DNA of 64,000 nucleotides from Vulcanimicrobiota bacterium (GCA_050250895.1 JBFWNU010000004.1:590934-654933), one strand, 5' to 3'; positions 36,952 through 46,822 are shown, numbered from the stretch's first letter. The notes: generated by a model not told the origin, from the letters alone. Numbers and translations are program-made.

Positions 36952-37030
36952 GCCCGGCCATTTCCCGTTAGCCCCAGCCGAGTCCTGGGTTTCATCATTC
37001 TTTGAGGCCGCTGGGGTGAAATCGGCCCGT

Positions 37031-38362
37031 ATGGAAGTCGCACGCGCCTCGAGTGGGCATTCCGCGCCCAGTTTCCTTCGTCGCTCGGCGGCCGAGCCGC
37101 CGCTCGACGACTACCGCTCTTTTCGAGCCGAAGGCCTGCCGCTCAAGAAAGCCATCTGGTCCGGCCTAGCCTATGTTCGCAAGTACCTCTTCAAGAGCGA
37201 CCACGCCCCGGCCGCGACGGTCGACTATTTCGACCAGCAAAGAGCCACCTTTCGCCACCTGCGCGACCAGCAGGTCGACCTGGCCGGTAAGACCGCAGCC
37301 AGTCTCGCCATGGTGGGCGATCTCATGTGGATTCGTGACGGTTGGTCGGATTTTCTCACCCCTGAGGTGCGCGACCGTTTGAACCAGCACGAGGTGGTGC
37401 TGGGCAACCTCGAGACCCATGTCTCCGAGGCCCATAGCTGCCCCTGGATGCTGCCCGACGCGGTGGCCTTCAACTCCAAGCCAGAACTGGTCACCAGCTT
37501 TGCCCGCCCCGACCAGAGCAGCACCTTTACGGCCCTGGCCGTGGCCAATAACCACTGTCTCGACATGGGCCCCGAGGCGGCCCGCAACACCCTGGCCTTT
37601 CTCGACAGCCAGGGCATCGCCCATAGCGGCATTCGTTTCGACGAAACGACCCCGCGCTACACCACCTTCGAGAAGAACGGCATCAAGTTCGGCTTCTACG
37701 CGGCCACCTGGGGACTCAACGACCCGTCCCAGGAGAAGTCGACCGAGGCCGATCTGAACCTGCTGCCGGGCCTGGCTCCGGCTCCCCAATCGGTGGCCGA
37801 GGTCAAGCTCGACGAGGTCGCCTCGGTGCTCGGTCAGATGGAGGCTGACGGCGTCGACTTCAAGATTGTCAGCCTGCACTGGGGCTACGAGTTCGAGCGC
37901 TACCCGGACGCCAAAGTGATGCAGGTGGGACGGGAGGTGGTCAAACTGGGAGCTGACGTCATCATGGGGCACCATCCCCACGTGCAACAGCCCTCAGAAG
38001 TCCTCTTCCTCGACGGCTACGAGAAAGACCTCGACCAATCGGTGCCCGCCGACGCCTGCCTGACCACCGGCGGCAAACCGCGCAAGGCGATGATTTGCTA
38101 CTCGCTGGGCAATTTCACCACCAACATGTACACCTTCACCTGCGAAGCCGGCATGCTGGCTTCGATGAACGTGACTAAAGAAGAGGCCAGTGGTCGGGTC
38201 GACTGGTTCAACCCCGACTACGACTTCGTCTTCAACTCGCGCTGGGAGAACGAAGGTCGCCGACTGATGCGCATGGATGACTTTCTGGCTCGGGGCAACT
38301 CGGACCAGGATCAGCGCCAGCAGGCGGCCGAGTTGCGCCGCCACATGACGGGGGCAGTCTGA
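37031..38362 (+). CDS. CapA-family (PGA_cap) metallophosphoesterase
   Basis: GD, NLE, ANNHCLD, LHWGYE, GHHPHV, YSLGNF. Confidence 0.88.
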   Translation: MEVARASSGHSAPSFLRRSAAEPPLDDYRSFRAEGLPLKKAIWSGLAYVRKYLFKSDHAPAATVDYFDQQRATFRHLRDQQVDLAGKTAASLAMVGDLMWIRDGWSDFLTPEVRDRLNQHEVVLGNLETHVSEAHSCPWMLPDAVAFNSKPELVTSFARPDQSSTFTALAVANNHCLDMGPEAARNTLAFLDSQGIAHSGIRFDETTPRYTTFEKNGIKFGFYAATWGLNDPSQEKSTEADLNLLPGLAPAPQSVAEVKLDEVASVLGQMEADGVDFKIVSLHWGYEFERYPDAKVMQVGREVVKLGADVIMGHHPHVQQPSEVLFLDGYEKDLDQSVPADACLTTGGKPRKAMICYSLGNFTTNMYTFTCEAGMLASMNVTKEEASGRVDWFNPDYDFVFNSRWENEGRRLMRMDDFLARGNSDQDQRQQAAELRRHMTGAV

Positions 38363-38425
38363 TGCCGAACTGGTCGAGCGCGTGAAATTGCTCGAGGTGC
38401 GGGTAAATCGGCTCGAAGAGGCGTC

Positions 38426-39670
38426 CTAAGAACTCTCGGCCCGAGGTCGACGGAAGAACTCGAGCATCTCTTCCCAGCGCGAACGCTGGTCCTCGTCCCC
38501 GCCCCAAACTCGCAACCCCTTGCGGTGAGCCTCGCGGGCAGCCTGGTACACCTGAATCAACTTCAGCGCCTGACTCTCCATGCTAAACTCGCTGGCGCGC
38601 TGCCGAGAGGCCTCGGCGAACTCCTTGCGCCTCTGGTCGTTGGCCAACAGCCCCTCGATCTGGTCAGCCAGCGGCTCGGCCTCTACCGCCGTCAAATATC
38701 CCGTCTGGCCTTCCACCACCACATCGCGGGTTCCGCTGGCGTCGACCGCCACCACCGGCAGACCGCTGGCCATGGCTTCGAGCGTCACCAGGCCCTGGGT
38801 CTCGGTCACCGAGGCGAACACGAACAGGTCGGCCGCCGACAGATAGAGCGGCACCTGCTGATGGCTGACCACTCCCATCAGTTCGACGCGTTCTTCTATC
38901 CCGAGGTCGCGGGTCAACTTCTCGAGACCCTTGCGCTCTTCACCCTCGCCCAGAATGACCAGCCGGGTCGGCAGCTTCACCCGGGCCACCGCTTTGAGCA
39001 GCAGATCGAAGTTCTTCTCTTTGGCCAGTCTCCCTGACGAAATCAGAATCTTCTGGTCGGGATCCCAACCCAGCAGCTTGCGCGCCTCCTGACGGGTCAA
39101 ACCGCCAAAACGCTGGGGGTCGACCCCGGTGGCCACTACCGAGACGCGCTCTGACACGCCATAGGTAGACTCGACCAGGTTCTTGATGCTCTGGCTCGGA
39201 ACCACCACGTGGTGACAACTGGTCATAAAGACTCCCAGCCAGTGCTCGATAAACTCCTTGAGGGTATCCTGGGGCAAGAAACTGGCGTAGTGCGAGTAAT
39301 CACGGTACCGAGTGTGATAGGTGAATACCAGCGGCAGGTTCAGTTCGCGCGCTTTGTCTGAGGCCGCCTTGCCCAGCAGAGCGGGGTGATTGGCGTGCAG
39401 CACGTGCGGTTTGAGCAAGGGCAGCAATTTGTCGATAAAGGGCGAGACGGGCAGGGCCAGAGGGTACTTCTGGGTGGGAAGCTCGACGGCGGGGTAGCGA
39501 AAGATGAAGGGCTCTTCGTCCCGAAAGTCCGAGGCGTAGGGAGCAAAGACAAAGACATTGTGACCCAGCTCAGTCAGGGCCTTGCGGAAGGATGTAACCG
39601 AGGTAACCACTCCGTTGACGGTAGGCAGGTAGACGTTGGTGAACTTGGCGATGTGAAGGCGCTCACTCAT
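38426..39670 (-). CDS. Glycosyltransferase family 4 (DAG glucosyltransferase-like)
   Basis: YLPTVNGV, TYHT, GRLAKEKN, ETQGLVTLEAMA. Confidence 0.9.
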   Translation of the reverse strand: MSERLHIAKFTNVYLPTVNGVVTSVTSFRKALTELGHNVFVFAPYASDFRDEEPFIFRYPAVELPTQKYPLALPVSPFIDKLLPLLKPHVLHANHPALLGKAASDKARELNLPLVFTYHTRYRDYSHYASFLPQDTLKEFIEHWLGVFMTSCHHVVVPSQSIKNLVESTYGVSERVSVVATGVDPQRFGGLTRQEARKLLGWDPDQKILISSGRLAKEKNFDLLLKAVARVKLPTRLVILGEGEERKGLEKLTRDLGIEERVELMGVVSHQQVPLYLSAADLFVFASVTETQGLVTLEAMASGLPVVAVDASGTRDVVVEGQTGYLTAVEAEPLADQIEGLLANDQRRKEFAEASRQRASEFSMESQALKLIQVYQAAREAHRKGLRVWGGDEDQRSRWEEMLEFFRRPRAESS

Positions 39671-40934
39671 CGAAGCCGCCCATCACACAATGGGCGTAAA
39701 GCACCATGGCCGCATTCCATGACAGCGGGGCCTCGGCGGCATAAAACAGAGTCTGCAAGGGTGTGCCCTGAGGGTCGTGGACCTCATAGACGACTCCGTC
39801 TTTCTCGATGACCTGGTCGATTTTGGCCAACAGTTGGCGGGCCTGCTCGACCCGCCCAGCGCGGGCCAAAGCCACCACATGCCAGCCACCCAGCCATAGC
39901 CAGGCGCAGTCCATGTGGTAATTCGGGATGCCGGCCAGGCGCATCTCGATACCCACCAGGTGCAAGGGGTAGCGGCGCGCCGTCACCCGGGTGGGAACCG
40001 GATGAGAGAGACTGTCGAGGCGGTCGAGGATTCGGCCCGAGAGGGTCTCGTCGGTCAATCCCCAGGCCACCGCCAGTAAATTGGCGTCAGAACTAACGAA
40101 GCGCAGGTCGCGTGAGGTCACCAGCGCACCCCGCTCTTCGTCCCAGAATTGCTCTACCACTCGAGCCGCGATGGCAGGGGCACGCAGCTCGGCGGGCGGC
40201 TGGTCCAGCCGGGTCTCGATGCGTTCGAGGCTCTCCACCGCCTTCCAGTAGAGCACGTTGGTATAAGAGATCTTGCCCGAGCGGGCGATGCTGTCGGCCC
40301 AGTCAGAGAAAGGTGCCTGACGAATCAGGCCGTCATCGAGACTGCGCTCGATAAATTGCAGGGCCCGACGCCACTGGTCGAGAGTCTGGCGGCCGAAGTC
40401 CCAATCTTCGGATTTCTCCAGGTACTCGGCCCAGACGATCAAAAGCAGCAGACTGCCGTCGCAAGACAAGGTGCGGTGAGCCGTCTCCCATTTGGGGCGA
40501 AGGGGCTGGTCGGTGGGTTGAACCCGGCCGAAGAGTTGGTGCATGTAGCGATCGAGCACATGGGTGGAATGGAGCTTGAGGGGCAACTGGCCATCCGGCC
40601 GTTGAAATTCCAAGAAGGTCTCGAGCCCCTCTTTGACCACCTCTTGACGCTCGAGCCCTAGTAGGCCGAAGGCGGCAAAGCCGAAGTCACGGGCCCACGG
40701 CTCGCGAAAATTCCGATAGCCGGCGCAAACCACGTGGCGAGTCTTGCCTCCCGGCAGGACCCGCTTCTCGATGCAGTTATCAAGATCACGCAGGGCAATC
40801 TGGGCGGCGGCGTCGCCCACCGTGAAGGCCACCGGTCGCAGCGGTCGGGCCAGCAGATTTCGCAGATAGGTGGCAAAACGCAGCACGACAACAGGAAACA
40901 GCCAGCGCAAAAAGGTCAGAATCGAGGCTAACAT
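39663..40934 (-). CDS. (alpha/alpha)6 glycoside hydrolase (amylo-1,6-glucosidase / invertase-like)
   Basis: WARD, DWAD, YTNVLY, YH...W.W.GG, LSWNA. Likely start MLASIL at 40934. Confidence 0.75.
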   Translation of the reverse strand: MLASILTFLRWLFPVVVLRFATYLRNLLARPLRPVAFTVGDAAAQIALRDLDNCIEKRVLPGGKTRHVVCAGYRNFREPWARDFGFAAFGLLGLERQEVVKEGLETFLEFQRPDGQLPLKLHSTHVLDRYMHQLFGRVQPTDQPLRPKWETAHRTLSCDGSLLLLIVWAEYLEKSEDWDFGRQTLDQWRRALQFIERSLDDGLIRQAPFSDWADSIARSGKISYTNVLYWKAVESLERIETRLDQPPAELRAPAIAARVVEQFWDEERGALVTSRDLRFVSSDANLLAVAWGLTDETLSGRILDRLDSLSHPVPTRVTARRYPLHLVGIEMRLAGIPNYHMDCAWLWLGGWHVVALARAGRVEQARQLLAKIDQVIEKDGVVYEVHDPQGTPLQTLFYAAEAPLSWNAAMVLYAHCVMGGFDE

Positions 40935-41034
40935 ACCCGATTCTATACGGGATGAGGGACCTGAGCGCCTTTTCAAGTTTTTTTTGGAGCGCCGTGGCAC
41001 ACTCGAGGGAACACAGGAAGGTCATCAGAGAAAA

Positions 41035-42468
41035 GTGCGCATCGCCAACATCACCACGCCAACCAGAACCTCAGCGCCGACCCGCGCGGCGGCGGCCAAG
41101 CCCGAGACTGCCGAAGAGCCGGTCGAGAACTTCGGCGAAGGAATTCCCGGCTACACCGGGCCAGCCGATGGGCTTTCCCATCCTAAATTTCGCTGGCTCA
41201 CCGGTCCCCTCAACAAGGCACTGGTGGCCGGCTGTTTCCGCATGGAGGTCGAGGGCCAGGAGAACTTCCCCCACGAAGGGCCCCAGGTCTATTGCCCGAC
41301 CCATCCCAGCATGTTCGACCCGCCCCTGGTGGCCGCGCTCAGTTCACGTGACTTGCGTTACCTGGCCAACATCTACGTTTTCGACGGAGCTCGTGGCAAA
41401 TTGATGACCTGGGGCGGCGCTTTCCCGCTGCATCGCGACAATCCAAAGTTCAAGACCGTCCGCCACAGCGTCGACGTCATCAGGCAGGGCAAAGGCTTTG
41501 TCATCTTCCCCGAGGGGGGCATCGCCTCGGAGCAAGAAGCCGGCCAGGTCGGCCCCCTCAAAAAGGGAGCGGCCAAACTGGCGATTCTGGGCGGAGCCGA
41601 AGCCATCACCCCCATCGCCACCGACTATCAGCCCAACACCAAATCCCGGCCGCTCGAGACGGCTGTGGGGGCGCTCGCCTCGGCCGGCATCGCGGTGGGC
41701 GGAGCCCTCTCGGCCTTCGGCGGCCCGGTAACCCGCATTGTGGGCGGAACCATCTCGGGCGCCCTGACCGGCATGTTCGTGGCCGGCAAAATCAACCGCA
41801 ACATTACCTACAATCCCGAATGGTATGACCCTTTCCCGAAGTATTTCGCCACCGTCAACGGCGGCTTGCTCGGAGCCGCTATCGGCGGCCTGACGGGCGG
41901 ATTGGCCTCGGCCTTGCTACCCCCGGGCGGCGCTCAGTTGGCCGGCGTGGCGATGGGCCTGGGGGCCGGCGCGGGTGCCTGGAACATCGCCCAGGGTTGG
42001 CGCGACCGCGATGTCGCCCGGGTCCGTATCGGCAAGCCGATCCCGGTAGCTCCCTATGTCGAAAAATACGGCAACACCCGCGCAGCCGCCGACGCCCTGA
42101 CCATCGACCTGCACAAGGCCCTGGCCGTGGAAAAGAATGCCCTCAACGGAGTGGCCCAGGCCGAGCCGAGCTTCCGCGGCAAAGTCCAGGAGACCCTGGC
42201 GGTCGACGAAAACGGCAATCCGCCCCCTCCGCCGGCCTGCGGCCCCGACAAACTCAAAGCAACCCTGAATTATGCCGCCGTTCCCCTGGCCACCGGCACC
42301 GCCGGCACCCTGTTGGGCCTGGGCGCCAGCCAGCTCTTAGGCTTGCCTCCGGCCATCGCGGCTACGGCCGGTTTGGTGGGCGGAGTGGCGGTGGGCGCCC
42401 AAAGCGCCATCAACTATGCCTGCGAGAAGGGAATGAACTGGCTCAAGGAGCAACAGTCCTCCCACTAG
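41035..42468 (+). CDS. PlsC-type acyltransferase with inserted Gly-zipper membrane segment
   Basis: HPSMFD, IFPEG, KKGAA. Likely GTG start at 41035. Confidence 0.8.
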   Translation: MRIANITTPTRTSAPTRAAAAKPETAEEPVENFGEGIPGYTGPADGLSHPKFRWLTGPLNKALVAGCFRMEVEGQENFPHEGPQVYCPTHPSMFDPPLVAALSSRDLRYLANIYVFDGARGKLMTWGGAFPLHRDNPKFKTVRHSVDVIRQGKGFVIFPEGGIASEQEAGQVGPLKKGAAKLAILGGAEAITPIATDYQPNTKSRPLETAVGALASAGIAVGGALSAFGGPVTRIVGGTISGALTGMFVAGKINRNITYNPEWYDPFPKYFATVNGGLLGAAIGGLTGGLASALLPPGGAQLAGVAMGLGAGAGAWNIAQGWRDRDVARVRIGKPIPVAPYVEKYGNTRAAADALTIDLHKALAVEKNALNGVAQAEPSFRGKVQETLAVDENGNPPPPPACGPDKLKATLNYAAVPLATGTAGTLLGLGASQLLGLPPAIAATAGLVGGVAVGAQSAINYACEKGMNWLKEQQSSH

Positions 42469-42477
42469 GAGGGGTCT

Positions 42478-43524
42478 ATCAGCGTAGAACCGGTTCATCT
42501 TTGTCATCTCGTCACGGCCTATCTGAGCGACGCCAAACCGGGCCCGCTTGGCGAACTGGTCGAGCAGGTCGGGGAGGAAGCCTTGCTGCGAGCGGCCGCT
42601 GGCGAGGGCTTGCGCGGGCTGGTGGCCTATGTCTTGACCAACTCGCTGGGCTCGCGCCGTGCCCCTCTCTGCCTGCAGGCTTTTCAAGAGGAGTTCGCCC
42701 GCAACGGCCTCTACATCGGCGAAATGATGCGCCTCGACGAGGCCCTGGCCAGGCGGGGGATGGAGGCCATCGTCCTCAAAGGCGGGGCCCTGATCCATCA
42801 TGGATACGCCCAGTTGGGTGTGCGCTTTCTCTCGGACATCGATGTCATGGTGCATCAACATGAGCTTCCTCAAATGCGGGATTTGCTTGAGGAACTCGGT
42901 TTTCGCTCGCACGACGGCATCAACTTTCGCCGCGAGATGCTGGCTGTCGATCTGCACCACGAACCGATCAAGCGCCTGGCCACGGCCTTCGTCTTTGCGA
43001 CCGAGGACCTCTGGAGCAATTCCCTGCCGCTCGACCCCGCCCGCTACCAGGCCCTGCGCCGGTTGGGCCCCTACGATCAGTTCCTGCACCATTCCATTCA
43101 CGGGTTGGGCCATGCCTACCACCGCCTGAACTGGCTGGTCGATCTCGCCGTCGCCCTCGAGCACCTCGACCCCGAGGCGCTTTGGCGGCGGGCCCGCGAG
43201 ACCCACTCCGAACGCGCTCTGACCTATGCCCTGACCCTCATTCGCGATCTCTTCGGGGTGGCCGTGGCCCCCGCCCTCGAAGCTCGACTATGCCGCCCCA
43301 ATCGCTGGGAGCGCTGGTTTCTAGCCCGGGTCAAGGAGCGAGGCCATCCCGAGACGATCGGCAAGGTCATCGCCGTGTTCTCTATTCGCAATTGGCTGAA
43401 ACGGGCCGTCCACCTCTGGCGCATCGGGCGCCCCCAGGCCGGAGCCACCTGGAAGCAACGAATCACCGAACTCTACGCGATGTTGGTCAGGGTCTGGAAG
43501 GTCTACCGCTCGGCCTCCTCCTAA
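42478..43524 (+). CDS. Nucleotidyltransferase family protein (NTP_transf_5-like); start uncertain (ATC 42478 or TTG 42583)
   Basis: LKGGAL, RFLSDIDVMV, VDLH, WLVDL. Frame open from 42469. Confidence 0.8.
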   Translation: MSVEPVHLCHLVTAYLSDAKPGPLGELVEQVGEEALLRAAAGEGLRGLVAYVLTNSLGSRRAPLCLQAFQEEFARNGLYIGEMMRLDEALARRGMEAIVLKGGALIHHGYAQLGVRFLSDIDVMVHQHELPQMRDLLEELGFRSHDGINFRREMLAVDLHHEPIKRLATAFVFATEDLWSNSLPLDPARYQALRRLGPYDQFLHHSIHGLGHAYHRLNWLVDLAVALEHLDPEALWRRARETHSERALTYALTLIRDLFGVAVAPALEARLCRPNRWERWFLARVKERGHPETIGKVIAVFSIRNWLKRAVHLWRIGRPQAGATWKQRITELYAMLVRVWKVYRSASS

Positions 43525-43600
43525 ATCCGGCCTGGCAGGGAATTGTTCTCGCCCGCGCCGAAAGAATTCGGCCTTTCATTTCTTGCATCCGGGGGGGACT

Positions 43601-45502
43601 ATGAGACAAGCCTTACACCTGATCGTTTTCGGCCTGCTGGCCGCGGTGTTGTTGAGTTGCAACGTCGAAAGCGGGCTCAACGAGGGCGACGGATCGACCA
43701 GCGGCGGCGGTCAGGCGGTCTTCTCTGGCCGTCTTTTGACCCGGCCGGTCCTGTTCATCCCCGAAGCCGGAAGGGCTTCTGTCCTCACCGTGCGTGACCA
43801 GCTCCTTGCCGCCGGCCGGCAGGTGTCCGAAGACGGCGCAGTGATTCTCTGGCCCGATGCCCCGGCGGCCGGCTGGCTGGCCCAGGTGGGCAACCAGATC
43901 GTGCGGGCCGACGAAAACGGCGTCTTTATCTTTCAGGGCTTGCCGAGTGGAGTCACCGAGGGCACTCTGACCCATCCTGCCGACTCGCGGGTGGTGCTGA
44001 CCTTCCCGGTTGACCGCCTCACTCCCGGTACCACGCCGGCCAGCGGCTTCGTCTATCCCCAGGGCTTCGACGGAGCGTGCGGCATGAGCCCCGGCGAAGA
44101 CGACGCGTTCTGTGCCAATGTCACCCGCACTGTGCAGGCGCAAACCGAGACGATCCTGGCCCAGCTCGCCCCCGTTCCAACCGCCGTCACCACCGGGCCC
44201 CGGGGCACCTATCCTCTGGGCAAGGCCACCCTGTGCGCCGACAAGGACGGATTCTTCCCCAGCGCCAGCCTGCCGAAAGAAGTTCGCTACATCGGCAGCA
44301 CCTGCGACGGCTACGTGCGAGTAGGCTGCTGTCCCAATGAAAACCCCTTTTCCGACGTCCAGTACAACCTGCGCCTGGCGGCTGCTTCCATCCCCGGAGT
44401 GAGCCTGATCCGCGGCGCCATCGGTAACGATTTCTACCTCTCGCCCCCCAGCGACTTCTCTATCGACATCGGCTGCTCGGACAATCACAAGGGACGATTC
44501 TGCCAGCAAGTCTCGATCAGCGACCTGTCCATCGACCTGACCAACCGAGGCCAGATCGTCAAGCCGGCGGACCGCCAGGTCACGGTGGACGTGCTGCCCG
44601 GCTCGGTCGAACCCGTGACGGTGCACAACAACGGCTGCTTCGGTATCACCCTGGTGCGCAATGGGCGCCTCGAGATCGTCGGTGGTTTCTCGGGTCCCGG
44701 TTTCAAGGTCGATGTCCCCTCGGCTTCGCTGCAACCCAAGCCGCCCCAGGTGCTGACTCCGAGGGTCGAACACTTTCAACCGCTCGGCAATAGCGTAGTT
44801 CAGGTCCCGGCCATCGACCGTGACCTGATGTACACCATTCCCGCCGACGCTCAGCCAGGCAGCGTCGACGAGTGGCTCTTCTCCACCGACACCGTCTCGA
44901 TTCTGGTGATCTTCCGGGTGGTCGCTCCCAACGTGAGCACGCCCCAGGTGACCCTCGACAACAGCAGCGTGCTCTTCCAGCACGAGGTCGGCACCACCCC
45001 CTGCAATCAAGGCTTGCCCGCGCTCAGCCTGAGCAGTCAGGACGCCGAAGACATGATGGTATCGGTGACCTTCGGGGCCAACTCGGCCCTGCGCATCACC
45101 GGGGGTGGGTCCTCGACCTTCACGCTCCCGGCTGGCGGCAATCTCAACATCCCCATCGAGTTCGACTGCAGCCGCGACAACTCTTACTCCACCTCGATCA
45201 TGGTGACCGTGTCCGGCAAGGACAATCCCACCCGGACCCGTACCTTCAACCTCCCGGTCACGGCCATCTTGCTGCACCGGGCCGTGCGCCTCGACTTCCC
45301 CCTTGGCCCCTTCGCGCCCGGCACCGAGATCCGGTTGAGCCGCATCGTCGGTGGTCATGTGGCCGGCGCCGAAGGAGGATGCCCAGCCCAGCACTATCAC
45401 GGCGGCCCGATCTCCGTCGACGGTATCCATGTAGCTGATGATCCTAATCCCAGCGGGTGCGGCTATGGCCGCATCGTGCTCACCGAAGGCGGAGGACTCT
45501 AG
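43601..45502 (+). CDS. Cys-rich lipoprotein with Ig-like domains
   Basis: Lipobox LLSC, many Cys, beta-sandwich-like C-terminal part. Confidence 0.7.
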   Translation: MRQALHLIVFGLLAAVLLSCNVESGLNEGDGSTSGGGQAVFSGRLLTRPVLFIPEAGRASVLTVRDQLLAAGRQVSEDGAVILWPDAPAAGWLAQVGNQIVRADENGVFIFQGLPSGVTEGTLTHPADSRVVLTFPVDRLTPGTTPASGFVYPQGFDGACGMSPGEDDAFCANVTRTVQAQTETILAQLAPVPTAVTTGPRGTYPLGKATLCADKDGFFPSASLPKEVRYIGSTCDGYVRVGCCPNENPFSDVQYNLRLAAASIPGVSLIRGAIGNDFYLSPPSDFSIDIGCSDNHKGRFCQQVSISDLSIDLTNRGQIVKPADRQVTVDVLPGSVEPVTVHNNGCFGITLVRNGRLEIVGGFSGPGFKVDVPSASLQPKPPQVLTPRVEHFQPLGNSVVQVPAIDRDLMYTIPADAQPGSVDEWLFSTDTVSILVIFRVVAPNVSTPQVTLDNSSVLFQHEVGTTPCNQGLPALSLSSQDAEDMMVSVTFGANSALRITGGGSSTFTLPAGGNLNIPIEFDCSRDNSYSTSIMVTVSGKDNPTRTRTFNLPVTAILLHRAVRLDFPLGPFAPGTEIRLSRIVGGHVAGAEGGCPAQHYHGGPISVDGIHVADDPNPSGCGYGRIVLTEGGGL

Positions 45503-45521
45503 GCTTTTCCGCCCGCGCCTC

Positions 45522-45570
45522 TTGACAAGGGAAGCACCCCTGTGTATTAATTAAATTAAATATTAAGATT
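45522..45570 (+). promoter_or_regulatory. Promoter plus AT-only operator-like tract
   Basis: TTGACA at 45522 and tract TATTAATTAAATTAAATATTAA (45545-45566) in a GC-rich background. Confidence 0.55.
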
Positions 45571-45582
45571 GAGAGTCGCACC

Positions 45583-46341
45583 GTGGCCTCCTTCCAACAT
45601 CGCAGCTTGATCCAGCAAGGCTATAAGGAGCTCAATGAGAGGGAGTTTCGTGAACTGGAGTGGGGGCTGCGCTTCACCCCCACCGCCTGTTCCCTGCTCA
45701 CCCTGATCGGGTTGATCTATCAGCAGCCCCTGCTGCTGGCCGCGGTGGCAACCCTCGGAATCTGGGCCTTTCTGGCGCCGGCCGCTCATCCGATGGACCT
45801 GCTTTACAACCACGTCGTCCGCCACCTGTTCGGGGCCACACCCCTGCCGCCGAATCCCTTCCAGCGGCGTCTGGCTTGCCTGGCTGCAGGAGTGATGAAT
45901 TTCTCCGCCGCCATCCTCTTCTGGCAGGGTCTACCGAAGGTGGCCCTGGCGGTCGGAGGGGTCTTGCTGGTGCTCCAGGCGATCGTCATCACCACCCACT
46001 TCTGCACCCTGAGCTGGCTCTACGAGCTCGCCCTGAAGGCGATCGGACAATGGGACCGCCCCCTCGACGAGACCCAGGCGCGCGAGCTGGTCAAGATGGG
46101 CGCGGTGGTGGTGGATGTGCGCGAGCCCAACGAGTTTCACGCCGGCCATCTCGAGGGAGCCATCAACGTCCCGCTGAGCCAACTCGACAAGCAGTGGCCG
46201 GGCACCCCGGACCGGGCCTATCTGCTCTACTGCGCCAGCGGCATGCGAAGTCAGCTGGCCACCAAAAAGCTCCGGGCCCGAGGCGTCGAGCAAGCCCACA
46301 ATCTGGGCGGCATGGCCCGGGCTCGCAAGCTGCTCGCCTGA
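45583..46341 (+). CDS. DUF4395 membrane domain - rhodanese fusion
   Basis: TM region with H.FC; VDVREPNEF..GHLEGAINVP, YCASGMRS, NLGG. Confidence 0.8.
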   Translation: MASFQHRSLIQQGYKELNEREFRELEWGLRFTPTACSLLTLIGLIYQQPLLLAAVATLGIWAFLAPAAHPMDLLYNHVVRHLFGATPLPPNPFQRRLACLAAGVMNFSAAILFWQGLPKVALAVGGVLLVLQAIVITTHFCTLSWLYELALKAIGQWDRPLDETQARELVKMGAVVVDVREPNEFHAGHLEGAINVPLSQLDKQWPGTPDRAYLLYCASGMRSQLATKKLRARGVEQAHNLGGMARARKLLA

Positions 46342-46378
46342 AGGCAGGGTCGGCAACCGGGGCTGCGAAGTCTCAGGG

Positions 46379-46822
46379 GTGAAGATCCGCCTGCACGTCA
46401 ACGGCACCCCCCATGAATGCGAAGTCGAAGGACGGACCCTGCTGGTCGAAGCGCTGCGCGAGCAGCTGGGCTTGACCGGCACCCACCGGGGTTGCGAGTC
46501 GGTAGTCTGCGGCGCCTGCACCGTGCTGCTCGACGGCCGGGCCGTCAAATCGTGCTCGGTGCTGGCGGCCCAGGCCGAAGGGCACGAAGTGGTCACCATC
46601 GAGGGGGTCGAGTTCGGGCCGATCCAGCAGGCCCTGTGGGAAGAACACGGCCTGCAGTGCGGCTTTTGCACCCCCGGGGTGGTGATGACTCTGCATGAGC
46701 TGCTCCACCAGGCCCGAGACCTCGACGAGGCCGGCCTGCGCGAGGCGCTCAAAGGCAATATCTGCCGCTGCACCGGCTATCAAAACATCGTCCGGGCGGC
46801 TCTCAAGGCGGCTGGCAAATGA
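46379..46822 (+). CDS. coxS: Molybdenum hydroxylase small 2Fe-2S subunit
   Basis: GCESVVCGACTV, QCGFCTPG, GNICRCTGY. Confidence 0.9.
   Translation: MKIRLHVNGTPHECEVEGRTLLVEALREQLGLTGTHRGCESVVCGACTVLLDGRAVKSCSVLAAQAEGHEVVTIEGVEFGPIQQALWEEHGLQCGFCTPGVVMTLHELLHQARDLDEAGLREALKGNICRCTGYQNIVRAALKAAGK

Noticed and set aside
37031-38362. Poly-gamma-glutamate capsule locus
   Set aside because: capB and capC are absent, and standalone CapA domains are common.
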